From the NCBI GenBank assembly GCA_963762255.1, contig CAVXKA010000001.1, positions 864,001 to 928,000 on the forward strand: DNA of 64,000 bases, in the 5' to 3' direction. The notes below the pieces were generated by a model. It was not told the origin of the DNA. It did not search any database and saw only the letters and a program-made list of their open reading frames with translations. Source of the DNA: Candidatus Eiseniibacteriota bacterium (GTDB lineage Bacteria; Eisenbacteria; RBG-16-71-46; JABDJR01). Every line of letters begins with the position of its first letter. The first letter of the stretch is position 1. The translations under genes and the position numbers were made by a program. Shown piece by piece: positions 17,780-28,380 of this stretch.

Positions 17780-20700
17780 GGGCGTCGGCCCTCCATCAGC
17801 TCCGCCACCGCCGCGGTCAAGGTGTTGATCGTCGGCGCCTCCATCATCGCCCGAATGGGGAGCGACAACGCGAGATCGGCGTCGATGTGGTTCTTGAGTT
17901 CCACGGCCATGAGCGAGTCGAATCCGAGCTGGTTCAGGGGGCGGTCCGCGTCGAGGCTCGCCGCCGACGCGCCCAGCACTCGGGCAACTTGGTGGCGCAG
18001 GTAGCTCGCGAGGATCGCCGGGCGCGCATCGGGCTTCGCGCCGCGCAGGGCCTCGCGCAGCCGACTCCCTTCGTCCTCGGTGTCCGCCTTGCGAACCAGA
18101 TCCCCGAACAGCGCGGTGACGCGCTGCGCCATCCGCATCCCGCCGAGCGCCCCGGCCGAAGCGTTCCAGTCCAGTCGCAGGAAGCCGAGTTGTGCCTGAT
18201 GGCTCTGCATCATGCGCTCGAGACCGACCATGGCCTGCTTCGGCGAGAAGCCCACGAACCCGCGCCGGGTCAGGATCTCGCCGACCTCGGCGTGGCGGGC
18301 CACGTAGCCCACTTCGTCGAGCCGGCCCCAGTCGATGGTGAGCGCGGGGAGACCCAGGGAACGCCGGAAGTGGGCGAAGGCATCCAGGAACGCGTTCGCG
18401 GCGACGTAGTTCCCCTGGCCGGGAGTCCCCACCCAGGAACTGACCGAGCTGAAGAGGACGAAGTGGTCGAGGTCTTGGCCCAGCGTCAGCGTGTGCAGGT
18501 TCCACGCGCCGCCCGCCTTGACGTCCATCACCCGCGAGAATCGTTCGCGATTCTGTTGGAGCAGGATGCCGTCGTCGAAGACCACCGCCGAATGGAAGAC
18601 GCCCCGCAGCGGCGGCATCTCTGCGTGCGCGCGGTCGAGAACGGCGCGGAGATCCTCCGGGCGCGCCGCGTCCGCTGCCAACGCGAGCACGCAGACGCCG
18701 CGGGCCTCCAAGTCCCGCACCGCCGCGCGGGCTTCCTCGGATGCGGCGCCGCTGCGTCCGAGGAGGATCAGGTTTCCGCCCCCGCGCTCGGCGATCCAGC
18801 GCGCGACGACCAGGCCGAAGCCGCCGAGGCCGCCGGTGACCAGATAGCTCGCGTCGGCACGGAAGGCGATCGATTCTTCGGCGCGGCGCTCCACGCGAAG
18901 CCCGGGCTCTCGCATCGATAGCACGATCTTGCCGATGTGGCGCGCCTGCGCGACGTAGCGGAAGGCCTCCGTCGCGCGCGAGGCCGGAAAGACGGTGTAG
19001 GGGAGCGGGCGATACTCCCCAAGATCGAATCGTCGCTTGAGTTCGGTGAAGATCTCGCGAAAGAGCGCCGGGTGTTCCGCTCCCATACTGCCGAGATCGA
19101 CGACGTGGAACGAGATATTTCTGCGGAAGGCGAAGAGCCCGAGGCGACCGTTCTGGGCAATGTCGCGCTTGCCGAGTTCCAGGAACCGGCCGAAGGGCGC
19201 GGTGCAGGAGAGCCCCTTCTGGATGGCCCTGCCCGCCAGCGAGTTCAGCACGATGTCGACGCCTCGTCCGCCCGTGATCCGCAGGACCTCGTCGGCGAAG
19301 GCCAGGGAGCGCGAGTCCAGCACGTGCTCCACGCCGAGGAGCCTCAGAATCTCCCGCTTCTCCGGGCTTCCCGCGCTGGCGAAGACGATCGCGCCGGCCC
19401 GCTGCGCGATCTGGATTGCGGCCATCCCCACGCCGCCGGCGCCGGCGTGCACCAGCACCGTTTCCCCCGCGCGGAGCCGGCCGAGATGGTGCAGCGCGTA
19501 GTATGCGGTGAGGAACGCGACCGGCATGGTGGCCGCTTCCTCGAGGCTCAGGCCGTCCGGTTTGCGAAACACCGTGTTCGCATCTGCGATGACCGTGCCT
19601 GCGAAGGATCCGCGGGCCATGGCCATCACCTCGTCCCCGACCGAGAGCCCGGTCACGCCCGGTCCCAACGCGGTCACGCGCCCCGCGCACTCGTCGCCTA
19701 GGAGGAGGTAGTCGTCTGCCTCGGCGGGATAGAGCGCCAGCGACTTCAACACGTCGCGGAAGTTGAGACCGGCCGCATCGACACGGATCTCCACCTCGCC
19801 GGGGCCCGGCCCGCGGCGGGGAATCTCCCTCCATGCGATTTGGTCCATGATCCCCGAGGTGGAGGTCGTCAGCCTGAATCCCGCGCCGGCGAGATCGAGG
19901 GCGTCGACGGTGTCCGTCTTCGGCCGCATGTGAGCGCCTCGCGGCACCATGCGCGACTCGCGGCGCAGCGCCACCTCTTCCTCGAGATCGTCGGTCCAGA
20001 GTTCATCGAGAAGCGCGGCCGTTTCGCCCGCTTCGGGTGTGCGCGCGAGATCGATCATGCGGGTGTCGATGTCGGGGTGCTCGTTGATGAGCACGCGGCC
20101 CACGCCGATCAGTGGGGCTTGTGCGGCGCACACGGCGCCGCGTCCCTCGTCGGTAGCCTGGGCGCCGCGGGTGACCAATACGAGGCGAGGTGCCCCGCCG
20201 AGTCGCCCGGTGCGGCTCAGAGCCTGGACGAGGTGCAGGACCGAATGGCAGCCGAGAGCTTCCGCGCGTCGCATCGTGTCGAGCGTGGTCGCCTCCGGCG
20301 CCGCCGCGTCGAGGCTCCAGAGATGGACGATGCCGCGGATGACGTCCGTTGCCGGGTCGAGAGCCTCGATCACGCGCGCGATGTCCTCGGGGCGGTCCGG
20401 CGAGGCGGCGTAGCGATCCGGTTCCGTTCGCCGATAGGTCTCTCCCGCCTCGATGACCACGCACCGCGCGCCGCGGGCTCGGAGCGCCGCCTCTAACTCG
20501 CGCCCCACGCCGGTGCGATCGGTGAAGACGAGCCAAAGGCCGGGGTCGACGATCGGGAGCGAGGCATCGTTGCCGGTATCGACCAGCGCGTCTTCCTGCG
20601 GTCGGCGGGCGAGGAGGACGATCTGCGATGACCGGTTCCCGCCGGAGCGGAGTGGGAGCGCCTCGGCGCCCTCGAACCCCGACTCCTCGAACACGCGCAT

Positions 20701-23700
20701 CCATTGCACGGGATCCAGGAGCGGGTAGTCGGGTCGCAGATCCAGATCCTCGAACTTCCACCAACCCTCCATCAACCCGAAGATGAGATCGACCGACGGA
20801 CTCTTCCGTTCGCCCTCCACCATGAGCAGCACGCCACCCGGCGCCAGCAAGGTGTGGAGCCCGCCGAGCGCCCCCCGCAAGTCGGCGACCGCGTGCAACA
20901 CGTCCGACGCAACGATCACGTCGAAGGTCTGCGGCCCCAACCCCTGACTGCCCGCGTCCGCCTCGATGTCGAAAACGCGGAAGCGCGCGAAGGGGTGATC
21001 TCCGAAGCGTTGCTCCGCCTTGGACACAAAGAGAGGGGAGATGTCTGTGAAGAGATAGCGGGAGGTCAGGGGCTCGAGCACGGGAAGGAGGTGCGCGGTC
21101 AGGCCGCCGGTTCCTCCTCCGACCTCGAGCACGCGCAGGATCCCGCCCTCCGGTTGCGCCTTCTGGATGTGCTGGACTGCCGCCTCCACCGCGCGGTTGG
21201 TGATGCGGAAGACGGGAGCGCTCTGGTAGAGGGCGGCCAGCGTGCTGGCGGGCCCGTCGGGAAAGAGAACCTCCATAGGGTCCTCGTCGCCGCGGAAGAG
21301 GGCGTCGAGGTGGGCGCCGCAGCGGCCGATCAGGTTCAGCTCCGTGTGGAAGGCCGGGTGCTTCCTCCACGCGTCCCGCCAGAGGGCCTCGGCGTCGTCC
21401 CCGCGAAAGTCGCGACACACATCCCACGCGTCTTCCCCGGCGGACGTCACGTACCCCGCTTGCTCCAGATGCTGGAGGAAGCAGTGCAGGAGCTTGCGCA
21501 GATGCGGGCGCGCGCCGAGTCGCTCGGCCAGATCGTGTTCGGTGAACCGCGTTCCCGGATGCGGATCCACGCCGGCGTGGGGGACGAAACGCGCGATCCA
21601 GGCAAGCGCGGAGCGCTCCAGATCCGCGTAAGCCACGGGCGCGACCGTGATGAGACCGAGACGAGCCGCGAGCGCGGTCCCCTCGGAGGCGGCGACCTTC
21701 GCGATCTCCGCCACCGGCGGGATGGATCGCGCGGCGTGCGGAGCCTCGAGCACGCGGGGGTGGGGCTTGTTCTCCCAGCGGACCTCGAAGATCCACTGAA
21801 GCGGGTCTTGCGAATCGGTGGCACGGTTGCGATCGAGCGCCTGACATCGAAACCCCTCGATCCTCGCGGTGAGGTTCCCTTCGTCGTCGAGGATGTCGAG
21901 ATCCCCTTCCAGGATCCTGGTTCCGAAGTGAGCGATGCGGGCGTGCGCGCGCACCCGCGTTCCTGCGGCGCAGTAGACCGTAAGCCGCCGGATGTAGACG
22001 GGAAGGAAGAGGACGGGCGACGCGGCGGGTGCGTCGTCCGGAGCGGCGGCCAGCAGCACCTGGAAGCACGCGTCGAGGAGCGCGGGGTGGACGATGTAGC
22101 CGTCAGGGCGCAGCGAATCGGGGAGCGACACCTCGCCGAGCGCTTCGCCGTTTCCTCGGCGGATCTCCCGCATGCCGCGGAATGCCGGACCGTAGTGAAG
22201 GCCCATTGCGGCGAAGCGCGCGTAGCAGGAATCCACATCCACCGTCTGCGGCAGACGTCCGCGAAGCTGCGCGAGGTTCTCGGTCGGCTCGGGCGAGGCG
22301 ACCGCATCGGCGCTCACATAGCCCGCGCAGTGCGCGATCCACTCTCCGTCTCCACCCGGTGTGCCGCTGTGGATGGAGAACGTGCCTTCGTTGGTGTCGA
22401 CGCGCACTTGGAGGGTCGCCTCGCCACCTTCCTCCGACAGGATGAGCGCGCGGGGGATCTGCACGTCCTCCAGCGTCACGCACTCACGGCCCCACGCGCG
22501 GCGACCCGCCGCAACCGCCGCTTCCACGAAGCCGGCGGCGGGGAAGACCGCGTGCCGGTCGACGCGGTGATCTGCGAGATAGGTGAGCATGCGCAGGTCG
22601 AGCGGCGTTTGCCAAGCGGGGTCGGCCGCGCGCAGGTCGCGGTTCAGGAACGGATGGTCCTCCGCGCTCAGACGGGACGCATTCAACTCGGGGGATTCGT
22701 GCCAGTAGGTCTGCCGCCGCCAGGGGTGACCGGGCAAGCGCACCGCGCGCCCTCCCTCTGGCCACAGGCGGTTCCAGTCGACATCGTGTCCCAGCGTGTA
22801 GAGCGCGCCGAGGGAACCCAGCAGCACAACGCGCTCGCCCTCGTTCCGGCGCATCGACGGGAGAGCGGTACCTTTCCGGCCTCGGTGATGCATGCACTCG
22901 GCGATGTATCCGGAGAGGGCGGGGTGCGGGCCGAGTTCGAGGAAGGTGTGGAGGCCCTCGTCGAGCGCCCGATCCACGGCTTCGGCGAAGTGGACCCGGT
23001 CGCGCAGGCCGCGCCACCAGTATTCGGCCGTGAGTTCCTCCGGTCGCAGGCACTCGCCGGTCACGGCGGAGAACATCGGAACAACGCCGGGAAGCGTCTG
23101 GATCGGACCGAGCGCGCCGATCAAATCGTCGTGTACCGGGTCGAGAAGCGGGCTGTGGAAGGCGTAGTCGACCCGAAGCATGCGGGTGAACACGTCGCGC
23201 TCCGCGAGTCGTCGGGCGACGGCCTCCAGCGCCTCCGGTGTGCCGGAGAGGGTGGCCGAACGCGGGCTGTTCGAGGCCGCCACGGAAACGCTGTCCTCGA
23301 ACCCCACGATGGCCGCGCGCGCCTCCGCGTGAGGGAGACCCACCGCCATCATCGCGCCTTTGGACGAAGGACGGTCCATCGTGCGGCCACGATGAAACAC
23401 GATGCGCGCCGCTTCCGGCAGCGTGAGAAAACCCGCCACCTGCGCCGCGGCGATCTCGCCGACGCTGTGGCCGATCACCGCGGACGGCGTGATCCCCCAC
23501 GACTTCCACAGCGCGGCCAGTGCAACCTGGATGGCGAAGATCGCGGGCTGGGCCACCGCGGTGTCGTTGAGCCGCGACGCGCCTTCATCCGCGGTCAACT
23601 CGCTCCACAAGGACCAGTCGGCGACCTCGGCGAGGAGCCGGTCGCAGGTCCGGATGGTGTCGCGGAACACCGGCTCGTGCTCGAGGAGTTCTCTGCCCAT

Positions 23701-25428
23701 GCCCAGCCACTGCGCACCCTGTCCGCAGAACGCGAAGAGGATCGGGGGCGGCTCGGCGGCGCGCTTCCCCGCGAACATTCCCGGGCGCGTTTCTCCCGCC
23801 AGAAACGCGTCGAGCCGCTCGCGCAGCTCGTCGCGATCGCGCGCGATCACCGACAGGCCGTGTTCGTGACGGCTGCGGCGCGTGCGGGCGGTGTGGCAGA
23901 TGTCGGCCAGCGGCGTCCCGGCGAGCGAACCGCCGGCGGCGACGGCGTCGCGCAACGCCCCGGCCAGATCGTGCAGCGCTTCCGGTGTGCGCGTGCTGAC
24001 GGGAAGGAGATGCGGGCAGGATTCGACGCCGTCGTCTTCGCGGGCCTGCGCCGACGAATGAGGCGTGGCGCCGTCACCCCCGAGAGCCTGGGCCGGCGTC
24101 TGCGGAAGATCGCGCAGGATAACGTGCGCGTTCGTGCCGCCGAATCCGAAGGAGTTCACGCCGGCCAACAGCGGCGCGCCCGCGCGCGGCCACGGCTCGG
24201 GTGAGACCGGTACGCGCAGGCGCAGGTCGTCGAAGGGAATGTGAGGGCTGGGGTGGGTGAAGTGAAGGTTCGGTGGAATGCAGCGATGCTTCACCGCCAG
24301 CACGGTCTTGATGAAACCGGCGATGCCGGCTGCTGCTTCGAGGTGGCCGATGACGCTCTTCACCGATCCCAAGACACACGCGTCCGCGGGCTCGCGCCCC
24401 GCCGCGAGGGCGTTGCCGATCGCGTTGGCCTCGATCGGATCGCCGACCGCGGTCCCGGTGCCGTGCGCCTCCACGTACTGAATATGGCTCGGCGGGACGC
24501 CGGCGCGTCGGCAGGTCTCCCGCACCAACGCTTCTTGACTGGCCTGGTTGGGAAGCGAGATCCCCGAGGTGCGCCCGTCCTGGTTCACCCCGGTGGCGAG
24601 AACGACCGCGTAGATGCGGTCTCCGTCGGCGATGGCGCGCGCGACCGGTTTCAGGAGAACCATGCCCGCACCCTCGCTCCGGACGAAGCCGTCGGCGCCG
24701 GCGTCGAAGGCCTTGCAGCGGCCTTCGGGCGAGAGCATGGTCGCCGCGCTGAAGGCCACGAAATGGGACGCGCTGATGATCACGTTCACGCCGCCGGCCA
24801 GGGCCAGAGCGCTCTCCCCGCTCCACAAGCTGCGGCAGGCGAGATGTACCGCTACCAGCGACGAGGAGCACGCGGTGTCGACGGCGATGCTGGGACCTCT
24901 CAAGTCGAAGCAATAGGAGATCCGATTCGCGACGATGCTGGTCGCTCCGCCGGTTCCGGTGTGCGCGTCGATGCCGCGCAGATCGTGGATCGTGGATTGC
25001 AGGTTGGCGTAGTCGGTGGTGGACACGCCGACGAAGACTCCGGTTTGCGTGCCGGCCAGATCGCGGACCGGCTGCCCGCCGTCCTCCAGTGCTTCCCACA
25101 CCGTTTCCAAAAGCAGACGCTGCTGGGGATCCAGATGGTGGGCCTCGCGGGGGGATATGCCGAAGGCCTCCGGCTCGAACTCATCGATTCGTCGCAGGAA
25201 GCCGCCCCAGCGGGCGTAGCTCTTTCCCGGAACGCCGGGGCGTTCGTCGAAAAGTCGGGGGACGGACCAGCGATCGGCGGGCACGTCGCCCACGGCGTCG
25301 ATCCCCGCGAGAAGGTTTCGCCAGAACGAATCGGGGTCGTTCGCGTCACCGGGGAAGCGGCACCCGATGCCGATGACGGCGATGGGGTCGGCCGGCGTGG
25401 AATCGAGCGGGGGATGGATTTCAGCCAT
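17710..25428 (-). CDS. Single-module highly reducing type I PKS (KS-AT-DH-cMT-ER-KR-ACP), RkpA/WcbR-like architecture
   Basis: KS DTACSSS, HGTGT, GHLE; AT GHSVG and YAFH; DH HRVDRHAVFP; MT LEVGGGTG and DVLH; ER HAGAGGVG; KR TGGLGGFG, FDD, NYVAAN; ACP GFDSL; no TE or R domain. Confidence 0.93.
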   Translation of the reverse strand: MAEIHPPLDSTPADPIAVIGIGCRFPGDANDPDSFWRNLLAGIDAVGDVPADRWSVPRLFDERPGVPGKSYARWGGFLRRIDEFEPEAFGISPREAHHLDPQQRLLLETVWEALEDGGQPVRDLAGTQTGVFVGVSTTDYANLQSTIHDLRGIDAHTGTGGATSIVANRISYCFDLRGPSIAVDTACSSSLVAVHLACRSLWSGESALALAGGVNVIISASHFVAFSAATMLSPEGRCKAFDAGADGFVRSEGAGMVLLKPVARAIADGDRIYAVVLATGVNQDGRTSGISLPNQASQEALVRETCRRAGVPPSHIQYVEAHGTGTAVGDPIEANAIGNALAAGREPADACVLGSVKSVIGHLEAAAGIAGFIKTVLAVKHRCIPPNLHFTHPSPHIPFDDLRLRVPVSPEPWPRAGAPLLAGVNSFGFGGTNAHVILRDLPQTPAQALGGDGATPHSSAQAREDDGVESCPHLLPVSTRTPEALHDLAGALRDAVAAGGSLAGTPLADICHTARTRRSRHEHGLSVIARDRDELRERLDAFLAGETRPGMFAGKRAAEPPPILFAFCGQGAQWLGMGRELLEHEPVFRDTIRTCDRLLAEVADWSLWSELTADEGASRLNDTAVAQPAIFAIQVALAALWKSWGITPSAVIGHSVGEIAAAQVAGFLTLPEAARIVFHRGRTMDRPSSKGAMMAVGLPHAEARAAIVGFEDSVSVAASNSPRSATLSGTPEALEAVARRLAERDVFTRMLRVDYAFHSPLLDPVHDDLIGALGPIQTLPGVVPMFSAVTGECLRPEELTAEYWWRGLRDRVHFAEAVDRALDEGLHTFLELGPHPALSGYIAECMHHRGRKGTALPSMRRNEGERVVLLGSLGALYTLGHDVDWNRLWPEGGRAVRLPGHPWRRQTYWHESPELNASRLSAEDHPFLNRDLRAADPAWQTPLDLRMLTYLADHRVDRHAVFPAAGFVEAAVAAGRRAWGRECVTLEDVQIPRALILSEEGGEATLQVRVDTNEGTFSIHSGTPGGDGEWIAHCAGYVSADAVASPEPTENLAQLRGRLPQTVDVDSCYARFAAMGLHYGPAFRGMREIRRGNGEALGEVSLPDSLRPDGYIVHPALLDACFQVLLAAAPDDAPAASPVLFLPVYIRRLTVYCAAGTRVRAHARIAHFGTRILEGDLDILDDEGNLTARIEGFRCQALDRNRATDSQDPLQWIFEVRWENKPHPRVLEAPHAARSIPPVAEIAKVAASEGTALAARLGLITVAPVAYADLERSALAWIARFVPHAGVDPHPGTRFTEHDLAERLGARPHLRKLLHCFLQHLEQAGYVTSAGEDAWDVCRDFRGDDAEALWRDAWRKHPAFHTELNLIGRCGAHLDALFRGDEDPMEVLFPDGPASTLAALYQSAPVFRITNRAVEAAVQHIQKAQPEGGILRVLEVGGGTGGLTAHLLPVLEPLTSRYLFTDISPLFVSKAEQRFGDHPFARFRVFDIEADAGSQGLGPQTFDVIVASDVLHAVADLRGALGGLHTLLAPGGVLLMVEGERKSPSVDLIFGLMEGWWKFEDLDLRPDYPLLDPVQWMRVFEESGFEGAEALPLRSGGNRSSQIVLLARRPQEDALVDTGNDASLPIVDPGLWLVFTDRTGVGRELEAALRARGARCVVIEAGETYRRTEPDRYAASPDRPEDIARVIEALDPATDVIRGIVHLWSLDAAAPEATTLDTMRRAEALGCHSVLHLVQALSRTGRLGGAPRLVLVTRGAQATDEGRGAVCAAQAPLIGVGRVLINEHPDIDTRMIDLARTPEAGETAALLDELWTDDLEEEVALRRESRMVPRGAHMRPKTDTVDALDLAGAGFRLTTSTSGIMDQIAWREIPRRGPGPGEVEIRVDAAGLNFRDVLKSLALYPAEADDYLLLGDECAGRVTALGPGVTGLSVGDEVMAMARGSFAGTVIADANTVFRKPDGLSLEEAATMPVAFLTAYYALHHLGRLRAGETVLVHAGAGGVGMAAIQIAQRAGAIVFASAGSPEKREILRLLGVEHVLDSRSLAFADEVLRITGGRGVDIVLNSLAGRAIQKGLSCTAPFGRFLELGKRDIAQNGRLGLFAFRRNISFHVVDLGSMGAEHPALFREIFTELKRRFDLGEYRPLPYTVFPASRATEAFRYVAQARHIGKIVLSMREPGLRVERRAEESIAFRADASYLVTGGLGGFGLVVARWIAERGGGNLILLGRSGAASEEARAAVRDLEARGVCVLALAADAARPEDLRAVLDRAHAEMPPLRGVFHSAVVFDDGILLQQNRERFSRVMDVKAGGAWNLHTLTLGQDLDHFVLFSSVSSWVGTPGQGNYVAANAFLDAFAHFRRSLGLPALTIDWGRLDEVGYVARHAEVGEILTRRGFVGFSPKQAMVGLERMMQSHQAQLGFLRLDWNASAGALGGMRMAQRVTALFGDLVRKADTEDEGSRLREALRGAKPDARPAILASYLRHQVARVLGASAASLDADRPLNQLGFDSLMAVELKNHIDADLALSLPIRAMMEAPTINTLTAAVAELMEGRRPQGSAESKTRTPQSAPSAANVPR

Positions 25429-25653
25429 GCTGGATGCGGCCCGAAAGTGCAGGGTGAAGTGGAGGTGCGTGAACCGGCGGAGAGCATAGTCTGTAAGCCT
25501 GGCCGGGGCAAGAACTGCCCCGCCGCGGTCCGCGGGGCGCGCCGCAGGCGTCGGCCGGTGCGTCTTCGGGCGCGCCGCAGGAGACCCCCGCCCCGGCTTC
25601 GGGCCCGCGTCGCGAGGTGACCGCCCGTGGATCTCCGGTTAGACTCCCTCGTC

Positions 25654-26358
25654 ATGCCGCTCGTAGAACTTCAAAGGGTCGAGAAAACCTACCGATTGGG
25701 TGTGAACCGCATCCCGGCGCTTCGCGGCATCGATCTTGCCGTGGCGCGCGGAGAGTTTGTTGCGGTATGGGGACCGTCGGGCTCGGGAAAGTCCACGCTC
25801 TGCAACATCGTGGGGACTCTCGACGTTCCCACCTCGGGGAGGGTGCTCCTGGGCGGGCGGGACGTGACCGAGCTGAGCGAGGACGCGCGGGCCGATTTTC
25901 GAAGCCGCAACCTCGGATTCGTCTTCCAGGGATTCAACCTGATCCCGGTGCTGTCGGCGCTCGAGAACGTGATGCTCCCGTTGCAGATTCCCGGACTGGC
26001 CTCGGCGGCGGCCAGGGAGAAGGCGGCGCAGCACCTCACGCGGCTGGGACTGGGAGACCATCTCTCGCACCGGCCCGACAAGCTCTCGGGGGGGCAGCAG
26101 CAGCGCGTGGCCATCGCTCGCGCGCTCGTGACCGGGCCTTCGCTCGTGGTGGCCGACGAACCCACCGCCAACCTCGACTCGGACACCGCGATCGAGATCA
26201 TCGACATGCTGCGCGCGATCAACCGCGAGCGGGGCACGACGTTCTTGATCTCGACCCATGACCAGCGACTGCTCGGCCGCGTCGATCGGCGCATCCTGCT
26301 TCGAGACGGCGTCGTCGCCGAAGACACCGGCGCGCTGCTGGAGCCGGGAGTCTCGTGA
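25654..26358 (+). CDS. LolD/MacB-type ABC exporter ATPase
   Basis: GPSGSGKST, GFVFQGFNL, LSGGQQQRVAIARAL, ADEPTANLD. Confidence 0.92.
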   Translation: MPLVELQRVEKTYRLGVNRIPALRGIDLAVARGEFVAVWGPSGSGKSTLCNIVGTLDVPTSGRVLLGGRDVTELSEDARADFRSRNLGFVFQGFNLIPVLSALENVMLPLQIPGLASAAAREKAAQHLTRLGLGDHLSHRPDKLSGGQQQRVAIARALVTGPSLVVADEPTANLDSDTAIEIIDMLRAINRERGTTFLISTHDQRLLGRVDRRILLRDGVVAEDTGALLEPGVS

Positions 26359-27629
26359 TCACAATGCCCCGCGCGGCGCTCGGCGCGCTGCTCACGATCG
26401 CTCTGCGCAATCTGCTCAAGAACCGGCGGCGGTCCTTCTACGCGGTGCTGGCCATCGCGCTCGGCTACGCTTCCGTCAACGTGTTCGGCGGCTTCACGCG
26501 CTACATCAATTCCAACCTGCGCGACAGCTTCATTTATAACCAGGGGCACGGTCACCTCACGATATTCCGCGCCGGATTTCTCGAGAAGGGGCTGTTGGAT
26601 CCGGTGCAGTATCTGTTGACCGAGTCCGAGACCGATTCCCTGCTCGCCATGCTGCGGGAACTGCCGGACGTGCGGCTCGCCACCCCGCAGCTCTACGTGT
26701 CCGGACTTCTCAGCAACGGCAAGGCGTCCACCATCTTCATCGCCGCCGGGCGCATTCCCTCGGACATGAAGATCGTCCGCTCCGGGGCGACCGGCATGCT
26801 CGGCCGGCTCGCTTCCTACGACGGTCGTCCCTTGAGCGACGACCAGCCCTACGGGATCAGCGTGAGCGCCGGGCTGGCCGACCTCCTCGATCTTCAGGTG
26901 GGCTCGTCGGCGGTCGCCGTCGGCCCCACCATCGAAGGGCAGATCAACGCGCTCGACGCCGAGGTGCTTCAGACCTTCGAGAGCCCGGTCGAGCTCTTGA
27001 ACGACAAGCTCATGATCGTCCCCTTGCAGTTCGCTCGGGATCTCTTCGCCACCGCGCGCGCGGATCGAATCACGGTCCTTCTCGGCCGGACGGCGCGCAC
27101 CGAGGCCGTCCGCGCGGATCTGACACGCCTTCTGGTCTCTCGCAGCATGAATATGGAGATCAAGACCTGGGAGGACATGTCGTCCATGTACCGGAAGGTG
27201 CGGAAGATGTTCGACATCATCTTCTTCTTCCTTTTCGTGATCGTGCTCGTGATCTCGGTGATGAGCGTGGTCAACACGATCAACATGGCGGTCATGGAAC
27301 GCGTGCGAGAGATCGGGACCCTGCGCGCGCTGGGCATGCGGCGGGCCCGGATCGTCTGGCTCTTCGCGGTAGAGAGCGGCGTGCTCGGGGTGATGGGTTC
27401 CGTCCTCGGGGTGCTCCTCACCCTGGCCGCATGGTACGGCGTGCGAGCGGCCGGACCGACCTGGATCCCCCCCATGATCACCCAGCGGATTCCGCTGGAG
27501 ATCTATCTGGTCCCGCGATATCTCTGGATCAGCTTCGGATTCCTTCTCGCATTGTCGGTGGGCGCGGCCACGGTCCCGGCCCGCCGAGCAGTGCGCCAGG
27601 GAATCGTGGATGCCCTGGGCCATGTGTGA
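26355..27629 (+). CDS. FtsX/LolE-type ABC exporter permease
   Basis: ALRNLLKNRRRS, large periplasmic loop, MERVREIGTLRALG; GTGA coupling to the ATPase gene. Confidence 0.9.
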   Translation: MITMPRAALGALLTIALRNLLKNRRRSFYAVLAIALGYASVNVFGGFTRYINSNLRDSFIYNQGHGHLTIFRAGFLEKGLLDPVQYLLTESETDSLLAMLRELPDVRLATPQLYVSGLLSNGKASTIFIAAGRIPSDMKIVRSGATGMLGRLASYDGRPLSDDQPYGISVSAGLADLLDLQVGSSAVAVGPTIEGQINALDAEVLQTFESPVELLNDKLMIVPLQFARDLFATARADRITVLLGRTARTEAVRADLTRLLVSRSMNMEIKTWEDMSSMYRKVRKMFDIIFFFLFVIVLVISVMSVVNTINMAVMERVREIGTLRALGMRRARIVWLFAVESGVLGVMGSVLGVLLTLAAWYGVRAAGPTWIPPMITQRIPLEIYLVPRYLWISFGFLLALSVGAATVPARRAVRQGIVDALGHV

Positions 27630-28380
27630 TGTGAGCCGCGCGGTCGCATGCGTCGTGCTCGCCCTCCTGGCCGTTCTTTGCGTGCCGGGCGCCGAGGCGA
27701 CGCCGCCCCTGGACGCGGTGGCCGTACTGCGCGAGGCCGACCGCGCGCGCGGGAACCTGGGCGGGGTGACCTGGGAACTCGACATCGACTCGCAGGAGAG
27801 CGGGCGGGCGAACGCCATGACGGTGCGCGTCCAGTCCCGTGGCTACGACTTCCTGAGCGAGAACCTCTCTCCGGCCAGGTCCAAAGGGCAGAGGCTCCTC
27901 ATGGTTTCGGGGAACATGTGGTTCCACAAGCCGGGGCTGAGCAAGCCCGTTCCGGTGGCGCGCCGTCAGCGGCTCATGGGCCAGGCCGCCAACGGCGACA
28001 TCGCCGCCACCAACTACGCCGACGAGTACGATGCGACGATCACCGGCGAGGAGGCGGTCAACGGCGAACCCTGCACCGTGTTCGATCTGAAGGCGAAGGA
28101 GAAGAACACCACCTACGATCGGATCCGGTACTGGGTCTCGCGGGAACGTGGAGTCGGCGTTCGCGGCGAGTACTTCACGGTGTCGGGGAAGCTGATCAAG
28201 ACCGCCTTCATGGAGTACGACCTTTCGGTCGTGCGGGAGGGCCGGTCGCGGCCCTTCATCTCCCGCATCGTCATCCATGACGCTTTGATCACCGAGAGCG
28301 TCACCACGCTCACCTTTCGCAAGCCGGTGTTTAGCGAGCTTCCCGACCGCGTGTTCAACGTGGACATGCTCGGCCGATGA
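27622..28380 (+). CDS. LolA-like outer-membrane lipoprotein-sorting protein
   Basis: Signal peptide; SPARSKGQRLLM..NMW, QRLMGQAANGDIA, YDRIRYWV, SGKLIKT. Confidence 0.8.
   Translation: MCDVSRAVACVVLALLAVLCVPGAEATPPLDAVAVLREADRARGNLGGVTWELDIDSQESGRANAMTVRVQSRGYDFLSENLSPARSKGQRLLMVSGNMWFHKPGLSKPVPVARRQRLMGQAANGDIAATNYADEYDATITGEEAVNGEPCTVFDLKAKEKNTTYDRIRYWVSRERGVGVRGEYFTVSGKLIKTAFMEYDLSVVREGRSRPFISRIVIHDALITESVTTLTFRKPVFSELPDRVFNVDMLGR

Noticed and set aside
20704-24204. 1166-aa plus-strand ORF
   Set aside because: Antisense to the PKS; no independent domain signatures.
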